Source: an uncultured bacterium
GTDB taxonomy: Bacteria; Eisenbacteria; RBG-16-71-46; CAIMUX01; WJJG01
Direction of reading: 5' to 3'
Length of the DNA: 64,000 nucleotides
NCBI GenBank assembly: GCA_964417675.1
Contig: CAYQJL010000018.1
Span: 16,760 to 80,759, forward strand
A model generated the notes under the pieces. That model was not told the origin of the DNA. It worked only from the letters and a program-made list of their open reading frames with translations, and did not search any database. The position numbers and the translations under genes are program-made. Below, in pieces: positions 19,548-27,771 of this stretch. Positions within the stretch are counted from its first letter, which is position 1. Each line of letters starts with the position of its first letter.

Positions 19548-19816
19548 CCCCCTCCCGCCGGCCGCGCGGGCCAATCACATCCTCCAGTACCGGCCGCGCG
19601 GGCGACGCCTTGCCGGCACCCAGCCCGGTTTGTCAAAATTACGTTAGTATTCTGCGAGGATTCAAGTGCGGGTTTTCACCTGCCGAACAGGGGGAAAAGT
19701 GGGTTGCCAGATGGCCCCCAGTAGGGGATAATCTCCTGCTAGCTTGATCCTGTCCCGCCTGCAGGCCTGTTCTGCGGGTCTGGACGGGGCTGATCGAGGC
19801 GGTAACAGGAGGTCGG

Positions 19817-20128
19817 ATGGCAAAAAAGCCAAGAAGAGGCGGACAGGGCGGCTCCGGCGGACAGGGCGGCGGCAGCAATCGCAGGGCCCCGGCGGGCCCC
19901 CCGGTTCGCAAGCCGCGCGACGACGCAATCGAAGTCGAGGGCATCGTCAAGGTGGCGCTGCCCAATACGATGTTTCGGGTTGAACTCGAAGACGGGCGTC
20001 TGATTCTCGCCCACATCGGCGGCAAGATGCGCAAGCATTTCATCCGCATTCTTCCCGGCGACAAGGTAATCGTGGAACTCTCGATTTACGATCTCGATCG
20101 AGGCAGAATCGTCTACCGCTACAAGTAG
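19817..20128 (+). CDS. infA: Translation initiation factor IF-1
   Basis: [59 protein letters not shown]; AGGAGG RBS; about 30-aa Gly/Arg-rich N-terminal extension. Confidence 0.97.
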   Translation: MAKKPRRGGQGGSGGQGGGSNRRAPAGPPVRKPRDDAIEVEGIVKVALPNTMFRVELEDGRLILAHIGGKMRKHFIRILPGDKVIVELSIYDLDRGRIVYRYK

Positions 20129-20283
20129 CCGTCCGTTGCGCGTTCGAGGTCTTCCCCCTACTTCCCGAGATTCCGCATCGATCAGATAGGAGTCGACTTG
20201 CGTCTGGTCGGGAAGGTCCCGAGGAATGGACAGCTGTTTCGCAACAAACCCAGGATCAGTCATCTGATCACAGGAGGCACACG

Positions 20284-21957
20284 GTGAACTCGCTGGAGAG
20301 CAATCTCCCGGGACAGGATCCCGAGGTTGGGCGGCAGAGCCCTGCTCCAAAGGAGCAGGATCATCCCGAAACCCCCGACACACAGGCAGCCGACCCACAG
20401 CCGGTCAGTGCCGGGCCGGAGGCAACACCTGCGGCGGAGATCGGCGCTGCCGTTGACGGCGCCGACAGCGAAACCTCCCCGGCAAACCAGCCGGCCTACG
20501 AGGTGGGCCAGCGGGTATGGGGCCAGGTGCTGCGCATGACCGACAGCCAGGCGGTCGTCGCCTTGGGCGAGCGGGGCCTCGAGGAGGGCAACCTCGACCT
20601 GATCCACCTGCGCGACAAGTTCGGCAATCTCAGCCTCAACGAAGGGGATGAGGTGCAGGCCTACGTCACCGCGGTCAGTCCCGCCATCACGCTGGCGCCC
20701 TCGATGCTGCCTCCCACGGCCGAGGTCTATGCGAAGCTCAAGGCTTCCAAGGAGGCCGATGAGGTCGTCATGGCCCGGGTCGTGGGCCTGAACCGCGGAG
20801 GCATGGAACTCGACCTCGAGGGCCAGCGTGGCTTCTGCCCCTACTCGCATATTGAGATCGGCCGCTGTGAGAACCCGGAAATCTATCTCAATCATATCCT
20901 GGACTTCAAGATCACCGAACTGGACGAGGACAAGAAGCGGGTCGTTCTATCGCGGCGTGTGATCCTGGAGGCCGAGCGTCAGGAGAAGCTGCACGAGCTG
21001 GTCGCTCAGATCAAGGAAGGCGCCGAATTCGAAGGCGTCGTCACGCGGCTCCAACCGTTTGGTTCCTTTGTCGATATCGGCGGTGTCGAGGGGCTGGTGC
21101 ATGTATCCGAGATGAGTTTCGACCGCATCGGCCACCCCCAGGAAGTTGTTCGCCGGGGGGAGAAGGTGCGGGTCAAGGTGTTGGGAATCACGCGCGGCAA
21201 AGACGGCAAGGATCGTATCCGCCTGTCGATGAAAGCGCTGATGCAGGATCCGTGGCTGATCGTCGACGAGGTCTTCAAGCACAACGATATCGTGACCGGT
21301 ATGGTCACCCGTCTGACCGACTTCGGCGCCTTCATCAAGCTGCACCCGGGCGTCGAGGGCTTGCTGCACATCTCCGAGTACAAACCGCGGGATGTCGGCG
21401 CGAACGAGACGCCCAGCGAGCCGGCCACGGCCGCTGCCGACAAGACCGCCGACGAAGCAACGCGTCCGGCTGACGGCCTGCCGGTTGCCGGCCGCGAGAT
21501 CACCGTCCGGATCGCTCGTATCGATCGCGATCGTCGGCGGATCTCGCTCTCACTCCAGAATGAAGACCGTGAGGAAGGCAAGAAGCAGCATGACGCCTCA
21601 GTGGGAGAAGTTCACACGGGGGTGGTGCGCACGATCAAGCCGTACGGAGTCTTCGTGGACCTTCCGACCGTTGGCCCCTGGGTAAGCGGGTTGCTGCCGG
21701 CCGCGGAAACCGGTCTCGAACGAGGCGTCAACCTTGCCAAGAAGTTCACCACAGGCCAGGAGGTCAAGGTCGAGATCATCGAAATCGACGATCGCGGCCG
21801 CCTGCGCCTGAGCCAGCGGAGTCTGTTGGATCCTTCGGAAGGCGGACTGGGCGCGGCCGGGAGCCGTGATGCAATGCCCACCGCGCCCCCCGGCGGTTTC
21901 AATGTCTTCGCCGAGGCCATGAAACGCGCCCAGCAACGGCAGCGGGGCGACGCCTAG
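20284..21957 (+). CDS. Multi-S1-domain RNA-binding protein (30S ribosomal protein S1-like)
   Basis: Five S1 repeats, e.g. GVVTRLQPFGSFVDIGGVEGLVHVSEM, FGAFIKLHPGVEGLLHISE, YGVFVDL; AGGAGG RBS before GTG. Confidence 0.85.
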   Translation: MNSLESNLPGQDPEVGRQSPAPKEQDHPETPDTQAADPQPVSAGPEATPAAEIGAAVDGADSETSPANQPAYEVGQRVWGQVLRMTDSQAVVALGERGLEEGNLDLIHLRDKFGNLSLNEGDEVQAYVTAVSPAITLAPSMLPPTAEVYAKLKASKEADEVVMARVVGLNRGGMELDLEGQRGFCPYSHIEIGRCENPEIYLNHILDFKITELDEDKKRVVLSRRVILEAERQEKLHELVAQIKEGAEFEGVVTRLQPFGSFVDIGGVEGLVHVSEMSFDRIGHPQEVVRRGEKVRVKVLGITRGKDGKDRIRLSMKALMQDPWLIVDEVFKHNDIVTGMVTRLTDFGAFIKLHPGVEGLLHISEYKPRDVGANETPSEPATAAADKTADEATRPADGLPVAGREITVRIARIDRDRRRISLSLQNEDREEGKKQHDASVGEVHTGVVRTIKPYGVFVDLPTVGPWVSGLLPAAETGLERGVNLAKKFTTGQEVKVEIIEIDDRGRLRLSQRSLLDPSEGGLGAAGSRDAMPTAPPGGFNVFAEAMKRAQQRQRGDA

Positions 21958-21989
21958 GCCGGGCTCCTCCTCCACGCCGTCCGGCCGTC

Positions 21990-22135
21990 CGAACGGCCCA
22001 TGCGCGGCCGGCTGGCTGGCCGTCCAGATGGCCCGTGTGCGCGTGGCCATTGGCCGTCCATATGGCCCATGTGCGACCGGCTGGCCGGCGGAACGGCCCA
22101 TCTGCGACCGACTGGCCGGCCGAATGGCTCGTGGG
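21990..22135. repeat. Imperfect about 30-bp tandem repeats (GGCCCAT..GCG..CCG.CTGG) downstream of the S1 gene
   Basis: ggcccatgcgcggccggctgg / ggcccatgtgcgaccggctgg / ggcccatctgcgaccgactgg. Confidence 0.6.
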
Positions 22136-22323
22136 CCTTCCTTCGGTGCCGCCAGTGGCAGGACATGCCGCCCCCTACACTCGAGAACACCCATCCGGCA
22201 TTGCCCTGGATCGACGGATCGACTAGTCTGCTGCCCATGCGCCTGTTTCGCGAAGGCCACGGCGGTGACACCAGATCCCGCCGCGACGGATCTCACCCAA
22301 GAAAGCCGAAAGGGAGAAACGGA

Positions 22324-23610
22324 ATGAGGTCAGCTCTTCGGCCGTCCGTCGGTCGCGCTCCCCTCCCCGTCCCACCCCACACTCGCCGGCCGCATCTGCT
22401 GTCGCCCATGCTGGGCCTCGTCATGCTGGTCCTGCCGGGTGTGTGGCTGGGCCCGGCCGTGGCCCAGGACGCCGGTACGATGGACAGCGCTCCCGTTACC
22501 CCACCGGGCGACGTCGTCGCTCTGGATACCCCGAGCGATCGGGGACAGAGCATCACCGTGAGGTGGACCTGTCCAGCGGTGGACATTGGCCCCGGCGGCC
22601 CGGTCCTGGGGTATCGAATCGATCGAGCCACGACCCCACAGGGCCCCTTCGAGATGGTCGGGCAGGCCTCGCCGCTCGCGGGGCGCTATGACGATGTCGG
22701 CGCGCAAGACAGTGTCGAGTACTGGTACCAGGTGACGACGCTGGCTCTCGCGGGTGAGGCCTCATCCCCCCCGGTGGGGCCGGTGGTCGCGAAGCCGCAG
22801 TGGATCAACACGCGCCAGTGGAATGTCTTCCTGATCCTGGTCTTGCTCCTGGGTTTCAACATCTACTACATCGAGCACATCCGGGCCGGCGGCACCCCGT
22901 TCATCCGCAAGATCGCGGGGCTGGAGGCGGTCGCCGAGGCGGTCGGACGGGCCACGGAAATGGGCCGACCCATTCTCTTCGTGCCCGGCATTCAGGATAT
23001 GAACGATATCCAGACCGTCGCCGGAGTGACGATTCTGGGGCACATCGCCCGCACCGTGGCCGAATACGACTCGCGGCTGGTCGTTCCGACCAGTCGCGCA
23101 CTGGTCATGACCACCGCGCGCGAGACGGTCAAGGAGGCCTATCTCTCCGTCGGCCGGCCGGACTCCTACGACGAGAACTCGATCTACTACGTAACCGATG
23201 AGCAGTTCGGCTATGTAGCCGGGGTCAACGGCTACATGGTCCGGGAAAAACCGGCCACCTGCTTCTACATGGGCGCCTTCTTCGCGGAAAGCCTGATTCT
23301 CTCGGAAACCGGCAACTCGATCGGTGCGATCCAGGTGGCCGGGACCGCCATGCCCGCACAGCTGCCCTTCTTCGTGGCGTCCTGTGATTACACCTTGATC
23401 GGCGAGGAGCTCTTCGCCGCCAGCGCCTACCTGTCGGGGGAGCCCAAGCAACTCGGCAGCATCAAGGGACAGGATGTCGGCAAGTTGATCGGCATGATCT
23501 CGATCGTGGCGGGCGTCATCATCCTGACCTTGGCGGCCGTCACCGGTGTGGAGTTCATTCAAACCCTCGGGGACTGGGTACGCGCGTTCTGGTCCACCTC
23601 TTTGGCGTAA
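22324..23610 (+). CDS. Fibronectin type III + TM + DUF6754-like membrane protein
   Basis: Signal peptide; FN3 (DTPSDRG.SITVRW...GYRIDR...YWYQV); TM; IRKIAGLEA..EAVGRATEMGRP...ESLILSETG...GAIQVAGT...QLPFF...CDYTLIGEELFAASAYLS.EP. Confidence 0.8.
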   Translation: MRSALRPSVGRAPLPVPPHTRRPHLLSPMLGLVMLVLPGVWLGPAVAQDAGTMDSAPVTPPGDVVALDTPSDRGQSITVRWTCPAVDIGPGGPVLGYRIDRATTPQGPFEMVGQASPLAGRYDDVGAQDSVEYWYQVTTLALAGEASSPPVGPVVAKPQWINTRQWNVFLILVLLLGFNIYYIEHIRAGGTPFIRKIAGLEAVAEAVGRATEMGRPILFVPGIQDMNDIQTVAGVTILGHIARTVAEYDSRLVVPTSRALVMTTARETVKEAYLSVGRPDSYDENSIYYVTDEQFGYVAGVNGYMVREKPATCFYMGAFFAESLILSETGNSIGAIQVAGTAMPAQLPFFVASCDYTLIGEELFAASAYLSGEPKQLGSIKGQDVGKLIGMISIVAGVIILTLAAVTGVEFIQTLGDWVRAFWSTSLA

Positions 23611-23622
23611 GGAGCATCGATC

Positions 23623-24306
23623 ATGAGGCGAACGGTTCCACTATTGATCACCGCCATCGTAGGCGGTGTGCTCGTGATCGCATATTTCATCCCGCATCCG
23701 CCCTTCGACGGCCTGCGGGAGGATTTCAGCATCTTCTTCGACATCATCGCCGCGGTCGCCTTCATCCTCGGGGGCGGCAACCTGATCAAGATGCACGGCA
23801 ACCGCATCAGCCGCCGGGAGAAGGGGTTCTTCTACAGCCTCGTCACGGTGGCCAGCTTCGTCATCGTCCTACTCATCGGGCTCCTGAAACTCGGCAATCC
23901 GGGAGGGTTCGGCAGCGGCACCTCGGTGGTCACCGAGGGCTCGGCCTTCCACTACGCCTACCAGTATGTCTTCCGGCCCTGCGCCGCAACGATGTTCGCG
24001 CTCCTGGCCTTCTATGTCGCCTCGGCCTCGTTCCGGGCCTTTCGGGCGAAGAACGCCGAGGCCACGATCCTCCTGCTGGTGGCCTTCACGATTCTCCTGG
24101 GACGCACCTTCGTAGGCGCGCTGGCGACGAGCTGGCTGCCGGACTCGTTGTACTTCCTCAAGATCCCCTATCTGGCCGACAAGATCATGGTCGTCCTGAA
24201 CTTCGCCGGCAATCGCGCCATCATGATCGGCATCGCGCTGGGAATCATCTCGACATCGCTGAAGGTCATCATCGGCATCGACCGGTCATACCTGGGCTCG
24301 GACTAG
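23623..24306 (+). CDS. Conserved multi-pass membrane protein of the DUF6754-associated operon
   Basis: About 6 TM helices; ATMFALLAFYVASASFRAFRA, RAIMIGIALG.I...LKVI.G.DR.YLG; AAGGAG RBS. Confidence 0.75.
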   Translation: MRRTVPLLITAIVGGVLVIAYFIPHPPFDGLREDFSIFFDIIAAVAFILGGGNLIKMHGNRISRREKGFFYSLVTVASFVIVLLIGLLKLGNPGGFGSGTSVVTEGSAFHYAYQYVFRPCAATMFALLAFYVASASFRAFRAKNAEATILLLVAFTILLGRTFVGALATSWLPDSLYFLKIPYLADKIMVVLNFAGNRAIMIGIALGIISTSLKVIIGIDRSYLGSD

Positions 24307-24344
24307 GGAGCAACCAAGGTGGCTCGGACTAAGGAGGAACCAAG

Positions 24345-25229
24345 GTGAGCAACGGGAACCTGGTCGAGAAGATCAACGAACTCGACAAACGCTGGGTTTT
24401 CCTCGCCATCGGCCTGGCCGTGGTGATCTCAACGGCCTTCGGCCTGACCTTCCCGGAGATTCCCACCCCCATGGTCAAGGCCATCTTCGACAAGGTCGAA
24501 AGCCTCCCGCGGGGATCGCGGGTGTTGCTGCCGTTCGACTACGATCCGGGGAGTGAGCCGGAGCTGCAACCGATGGCCGAGGCGTTCGTGCGCCATTGCG
24601 CCGAGCGCGGACTGAAGATGTACTTCATCGCCCTCTGGCCGCTGGGCCAACAGATGGTCGAGGGGGTCACCAATCGTTTGATCCAGATCGAGTATCCCGA
24701 TCTGGAGTATGGACAGGATTACATGGACTTCGGCTACAAGAGCGGGAACGAGGGCGTCATCGCCGTCATCCTGACCGATCTGCGCAAGCTCTATACGACC
24801 GATGCCCACGGCACTTCGATCGGCCGGGTCCCGATGATGCAAGGCATCACGAGCATCCGTGGATTCGACCTGATCCTGAATGTCAGCGCCGGATACCCCG
24901 GCATGAAGGAGTGGATCCAGTACGCCGGCACGCCCGGAAACATTCCGGTCGCCGGGGGCTGTACGGCCGTCCAGGCGCCGCTGATGTATCCCTACTATCC
25001 GGATCAGATGGTCGGGCTCATGGGCGGCATCAAGGCCGGCGCCGAATACGAGCAGCTCCTGATCGAGAAGTATCCGGAGTTTGCCGAAGACAAGCGTCGC
25101 TACACGACCGCCCTGATACGGATGGGCCCGCAGACGGTCACACATCTGGCGATCATCTTCTTCATCATCGTAGGCAACGTCACCTACCAGATCCTGCGCC
25201 GCAGACAAAATCTGCAGGGTCTGAAGTAG
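24345..25229 (+). CDS. Conserved membrane-anchored protein of the DUF6754-associated operon
   Basis: N- and C-terminal TM helices flanking an alpha/beta domain (FDYDPGSEPELQPMA, YGQDYMDFGY, GCTAVQAP..YPYY..Q..G..GG.K..AEYE). Confidence 0.75.
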   Translation: MSNGNLVEKINELDKRWVFLAIGLAVVISTAFGLTFPEIPTPMVKAIFDKVESLPRGSRVLLPFDYDPGSEPELQPMAEAFVRHCAERGLKMYFIALWPLGQQMVEGVTNRLIQIEYPDLEYGQDYMDFGYKSGNEGVIAVILTDLRKLYTTDAHGTSIGRVPMMQGITSIRGFDLILNVSAGYPGMKEWIQYAGTPGNIPVAGGCTAVQAPLMYPYYPDQMVGLMGGIKAGAEYEQLLIEKYPEFAEDKRRYTTALIRMGPQTVTHLAIIFFIIVGNVTYQILRRRQNLQGLK

Positions 25230-25344
25230 AGGTCGCAAATCCGAGAGGCATGGGGGCACAGAGGTCTGGCCACGAGTGCCCGAGTGGAGAGCGGAGGGCC
25301 CATCGCCGCTGCGCGGGCCGGGATGATAGGACGAGGAGCCTGAC

Positions 25345-26142
25345 ATGAAGCGGATCATTTGGCTGGGGATTCTGGGCGTCACGACCCTGATCCTGATCGT
25401 GCGGACCATCGGCGGCGACATGCCCAATCCGTTCGGGTCGGCCGATGGGTTTGGGATCTGGCTGGCCGCCTGCTTGACGCTGGCGATCCTGAGTTTCCTC
25501 TACAATGACAATCCTCTCTACAAGTTCGCCGAACATCTCTTCGTGGGGGTCTCGGCGGCCTACTGGATGGTGATGGGTTTCTGGTCCACCCTGGTGCCCA
25601 ACCTGTTCGGCAAGCTGGCGCCGGAGACGACCGCCAAGATCTTCCTTCCCGGCATCGCCGGAACCGAGCGGGATCCACTCTGGTTCATGTATTTCATTCC
25701 CCTGATCTTCGGAGTCCTCTTACTGTTGAGGCTCTCGCCCAAGGGCGGCCACCTGTCGCGGTGGGCCTTGGCCTTCATTCTGGGAACGACGGCCGGATTG
25801 CGCCTGATCGCATTCCTGACCGCGGACTTCATGGGGCAGATTGGCTCGACCCTGAAGTCGGTCGCCGGTCTGACACCCGCGCTCCTGCCCGGCGGCCAGC
25901 CGACCTTCAGCTTCGAGGCGATGTTCTGGGATTTCATCGCGGTCATCGCAATCATGGCGGCGCTCTGCTACTTCTATTTCTCGAAGGCGCACACCGGGCT
26001 GTTCGGCAGGTTCTCCCGCCTCGGCATCTGGGTCTTGATGGTCACCTTCGGGGCCGGTTTTGGCTACACGGTCATGGGGCGTATCGCGCTGCTCGTGGGC
26101 CGGGTCGAGTTCCTGTTGGTGGAGTGGCTGCAGGTACTGTGA
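25345..26142 (+). CDS. Conserved multi-pass membrane protein of the DUF6754-associated operon
   Basis: LTLAILSFLYNDNPLYKFAEHLFVGVSAAY, YFYFS, MVTFGAGFGYTVMGRIALL; GAGGAG RBS. Confidence 0.75.
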   Translation: MKRIIWLGILGVTTLILIVRTIGGDMPNPFGSADGFGIWLAACLTLAILSFLYNDNPLYKFAEHLFVGVSAAYWMVMGFWSTLVPNLFGKLAPETTAKIFLPGIAGTERDPLWFMYFIPLIFGVLLLLRLSPKGGHLSRWALAFILGTTAGLRLIAFLTADFMGQIGSTLKSVAGLTPALLPGGQPTFSFEAMFWDFIAVIAIMAALCYFYFSKAHTGLFGRFSRLGIWVLMVTFGAGFGYTVMGRIALLVGRVEFLLVEWLQVL

Positions 26143-26235
26143 CGCCAGAAGAGAGATCCTGACCCAGCAACAGGGGAATCTTGGCCCTGCTGCTGATATG
26201 GCCCGGAGTGTGAGGGCCAGCAGCCGGCAAGCGCC

Positions 26236-26342
26236 GCGGGAAGGCCCTGCCGGGCAGGTCAGTCGTTGCGGGAAGGCCCTCCCGGGAAGGTCAGTCGTTG
26301 CGGGAAGGCCCTCCCGGGGAGGTCAGTCGTTGCGGGAGGGCC
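26236..26342. repeat. 3.3 x 32-bp tandem repeat spanning the anti-sigma stop codon
   Basis: GCGGGAAGGCCCTCCCGGGAAGGTCAGTCGTT at 26236, 26268 and 26300, partial at 26332. Confidence 0.9.
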
Positions 26343-26985
26343 CCCGGCCGCGAGGTTTGGCATCGCTGTCCGGATCGGCCATCTCGTCGACCTCAATGTC
26401 GACCCGGCAATTCTCCAGGAGAACGCCCTCGAGCGCGAGCCGCTCGGTCGCGCCGTCTGCATCCAATGCAAAAGACAGCCCCAGCGAGGGGAAGGACAGC
26501 CGCGCCGGAACCTGCCCAGTCCGTAGAGAATGCTCCACGACGGCCCGGTATCCACCCCTATCCCCGGCGCGGTAGAAGCACACCTCGTACTGACCGTCAT
26601 CGCTGCGGCAGACCGCCAGGGGCGCCTCCGCCTGCCGCACGGGCTCCTTGGCCGCCAGGACGGGGCGGGCATCCTCCGCGGGACCGAACTCGAGTGGAAT
26701 GATGCGCCGGAGCGGACCGCGCCCCACAGTAGCACGCAGTTTGTCGCTGATCCCCTCGAGGACTTCCTCAACCAGCGCGTTGTCACCGTTGACGATCGCG
26801 TTGGGCGGGTCCTCTCCAGCACAGGGGATGACGGCGGCCGGCCGATGGGCCTTGACCGCTTCCGCGAATATCTCGCGGCATCGGTCACAGGCGGCAAGGT
26901 GATCGCTCAGCGACCTGCCTAGCGCGCGACTGCAGGTTCCGGCGATCAGCATCGCGATCTGCATATTTGACAAGCAGTTACTCAT
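26323..26985 (-). CDS. Soluble zinc-binding (zf-HC2/ZAS) anti-sigma factor
   Basis: C4...H29-LAA-C33-DR-C36 (HxxxCxxC); no TM helix; beta-rich C-terminal domain; downstream of the ECF sigma gene. Confidence 0.8.
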   Translation of the reverse strand: MSNCLSNMQIAMLIAGTCSRALGRSLSDHLAACDRCREIFAEAVKAHRPAAVIPCAGEDPPNAIVNGDNALVEEVLEGISDKLRATVGRGPLRRIIPLEFGPAEDARPVLAAKEPVRQAEAPLAVCRSDDGQYEVCFYRAGDRGGYRAVVEHSLRTGQVPARLSFPSLGLSFALDADGATERLALEGVLLENCRVDIEVDEMADPDSDAKPRGRGPSRND

Positions 26986-27204
26986 ACATTCACCACAGAG
27001 ACGATTGCCAGCTCGCCGATCCTCCCATCTTCTCTACGAGATCCGGCCCGCCTCTCTTCTGCCGATCGACAGGCCGCTCGCACAAAGGAAGGCTCACCCG
27101 AGCCACTGCCTCGCCTCCTCCCGCCGGTTTCTCTCCCGCCAGTCTCCGCTGGCCGGTCTCTCTACCGCTAGTCTCCGCCCGCGCGGATCCGGCCCCCAGA
27201 CTTC

Positions 27205-27771
27205 CTACTCCCCAACATCAAGGCAGGCCTGGCCCCGTAAGAACGTCCGGGCCCGGGCCAGACATGTGGCGACCGATCCGAGCGGCATGCCCAGGGACAT
27301 CGCAATCTCGGCATCCTTGAGGCCGGCCACATGCAGAAGCATGCAGACGCGGTCCTTGGGCCTCGGGATCTGCTCGATTCCGGCGGCCAGGCGCTCGACC
27401 TTCAGTCCATCATCGGCGCGCAACCGGCTGGGCGGCTCCGCTATGGAAACCAGATCCACTTCCTGCGCGCGGCGGCGGTTCGAGGCGCTCTTGAGCCAAT
27501 CCAACCAGTGGCGCACCGCGACGGTCTTCAGGAAGGTCTTCAGGGGGGCCCGGCTGGGCTCATACTGGCGCAAGACCCTGAACTCATCCCGGAGGAGCTT
27601 CTCCATATAACTCTGGAGAAGATCCTTGAGATCCTCTTCATTCGGAACCCGGCTGCGATACACGGGAAGAACGATCCGCAGCGCCGCCCGCGCAAACGCA
27701 TCGGCTTGCTCCGGCCGGCCGGCCAGGATGCCTCTCCACAGGCGCAGCCACTCCCGGTCGTCAATCGCCAT
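27205..27771 (-). CDS. ECF-type (sigma-70 group 4) RNA polymerase sigma factor
   Basis: 188 aa; region 2 DLLQ...KL....LRQYEP...LKTFLKTVAVRHWLDWLK; region 4 GLKDAEIAMSLGMPLGSVATCLARAR. ATG at 27771 overlaps the 3' end of the upstream gene. Confidence 0.9.
   Translation of the reverse strand: MAIDDREWLRLWRGILAGRPEQADAFARAALRIVLPVYRSRVPNEEDLKDLLQSYMEKLLRDEFRVLRQYEPSRAPLKTFLKTVAVRHWLDWLKSASNRRRAQEVDLVSIAEPPSRLRADDGLKVERLAAGIEQIPRPKDRVCMLLHVAGLKDAEIAMSLGMPLGSVATCLARARTFLRGQACLDVGE

Noticed and set aside
26236-26342. 32-bp repeats as a CRISPR array (tempting next to a CalpL-like protease)
   Set aside because: The units are head-to-tail with no unique spacers, and there are no cas genes or SAVED/CARF domain in the window.
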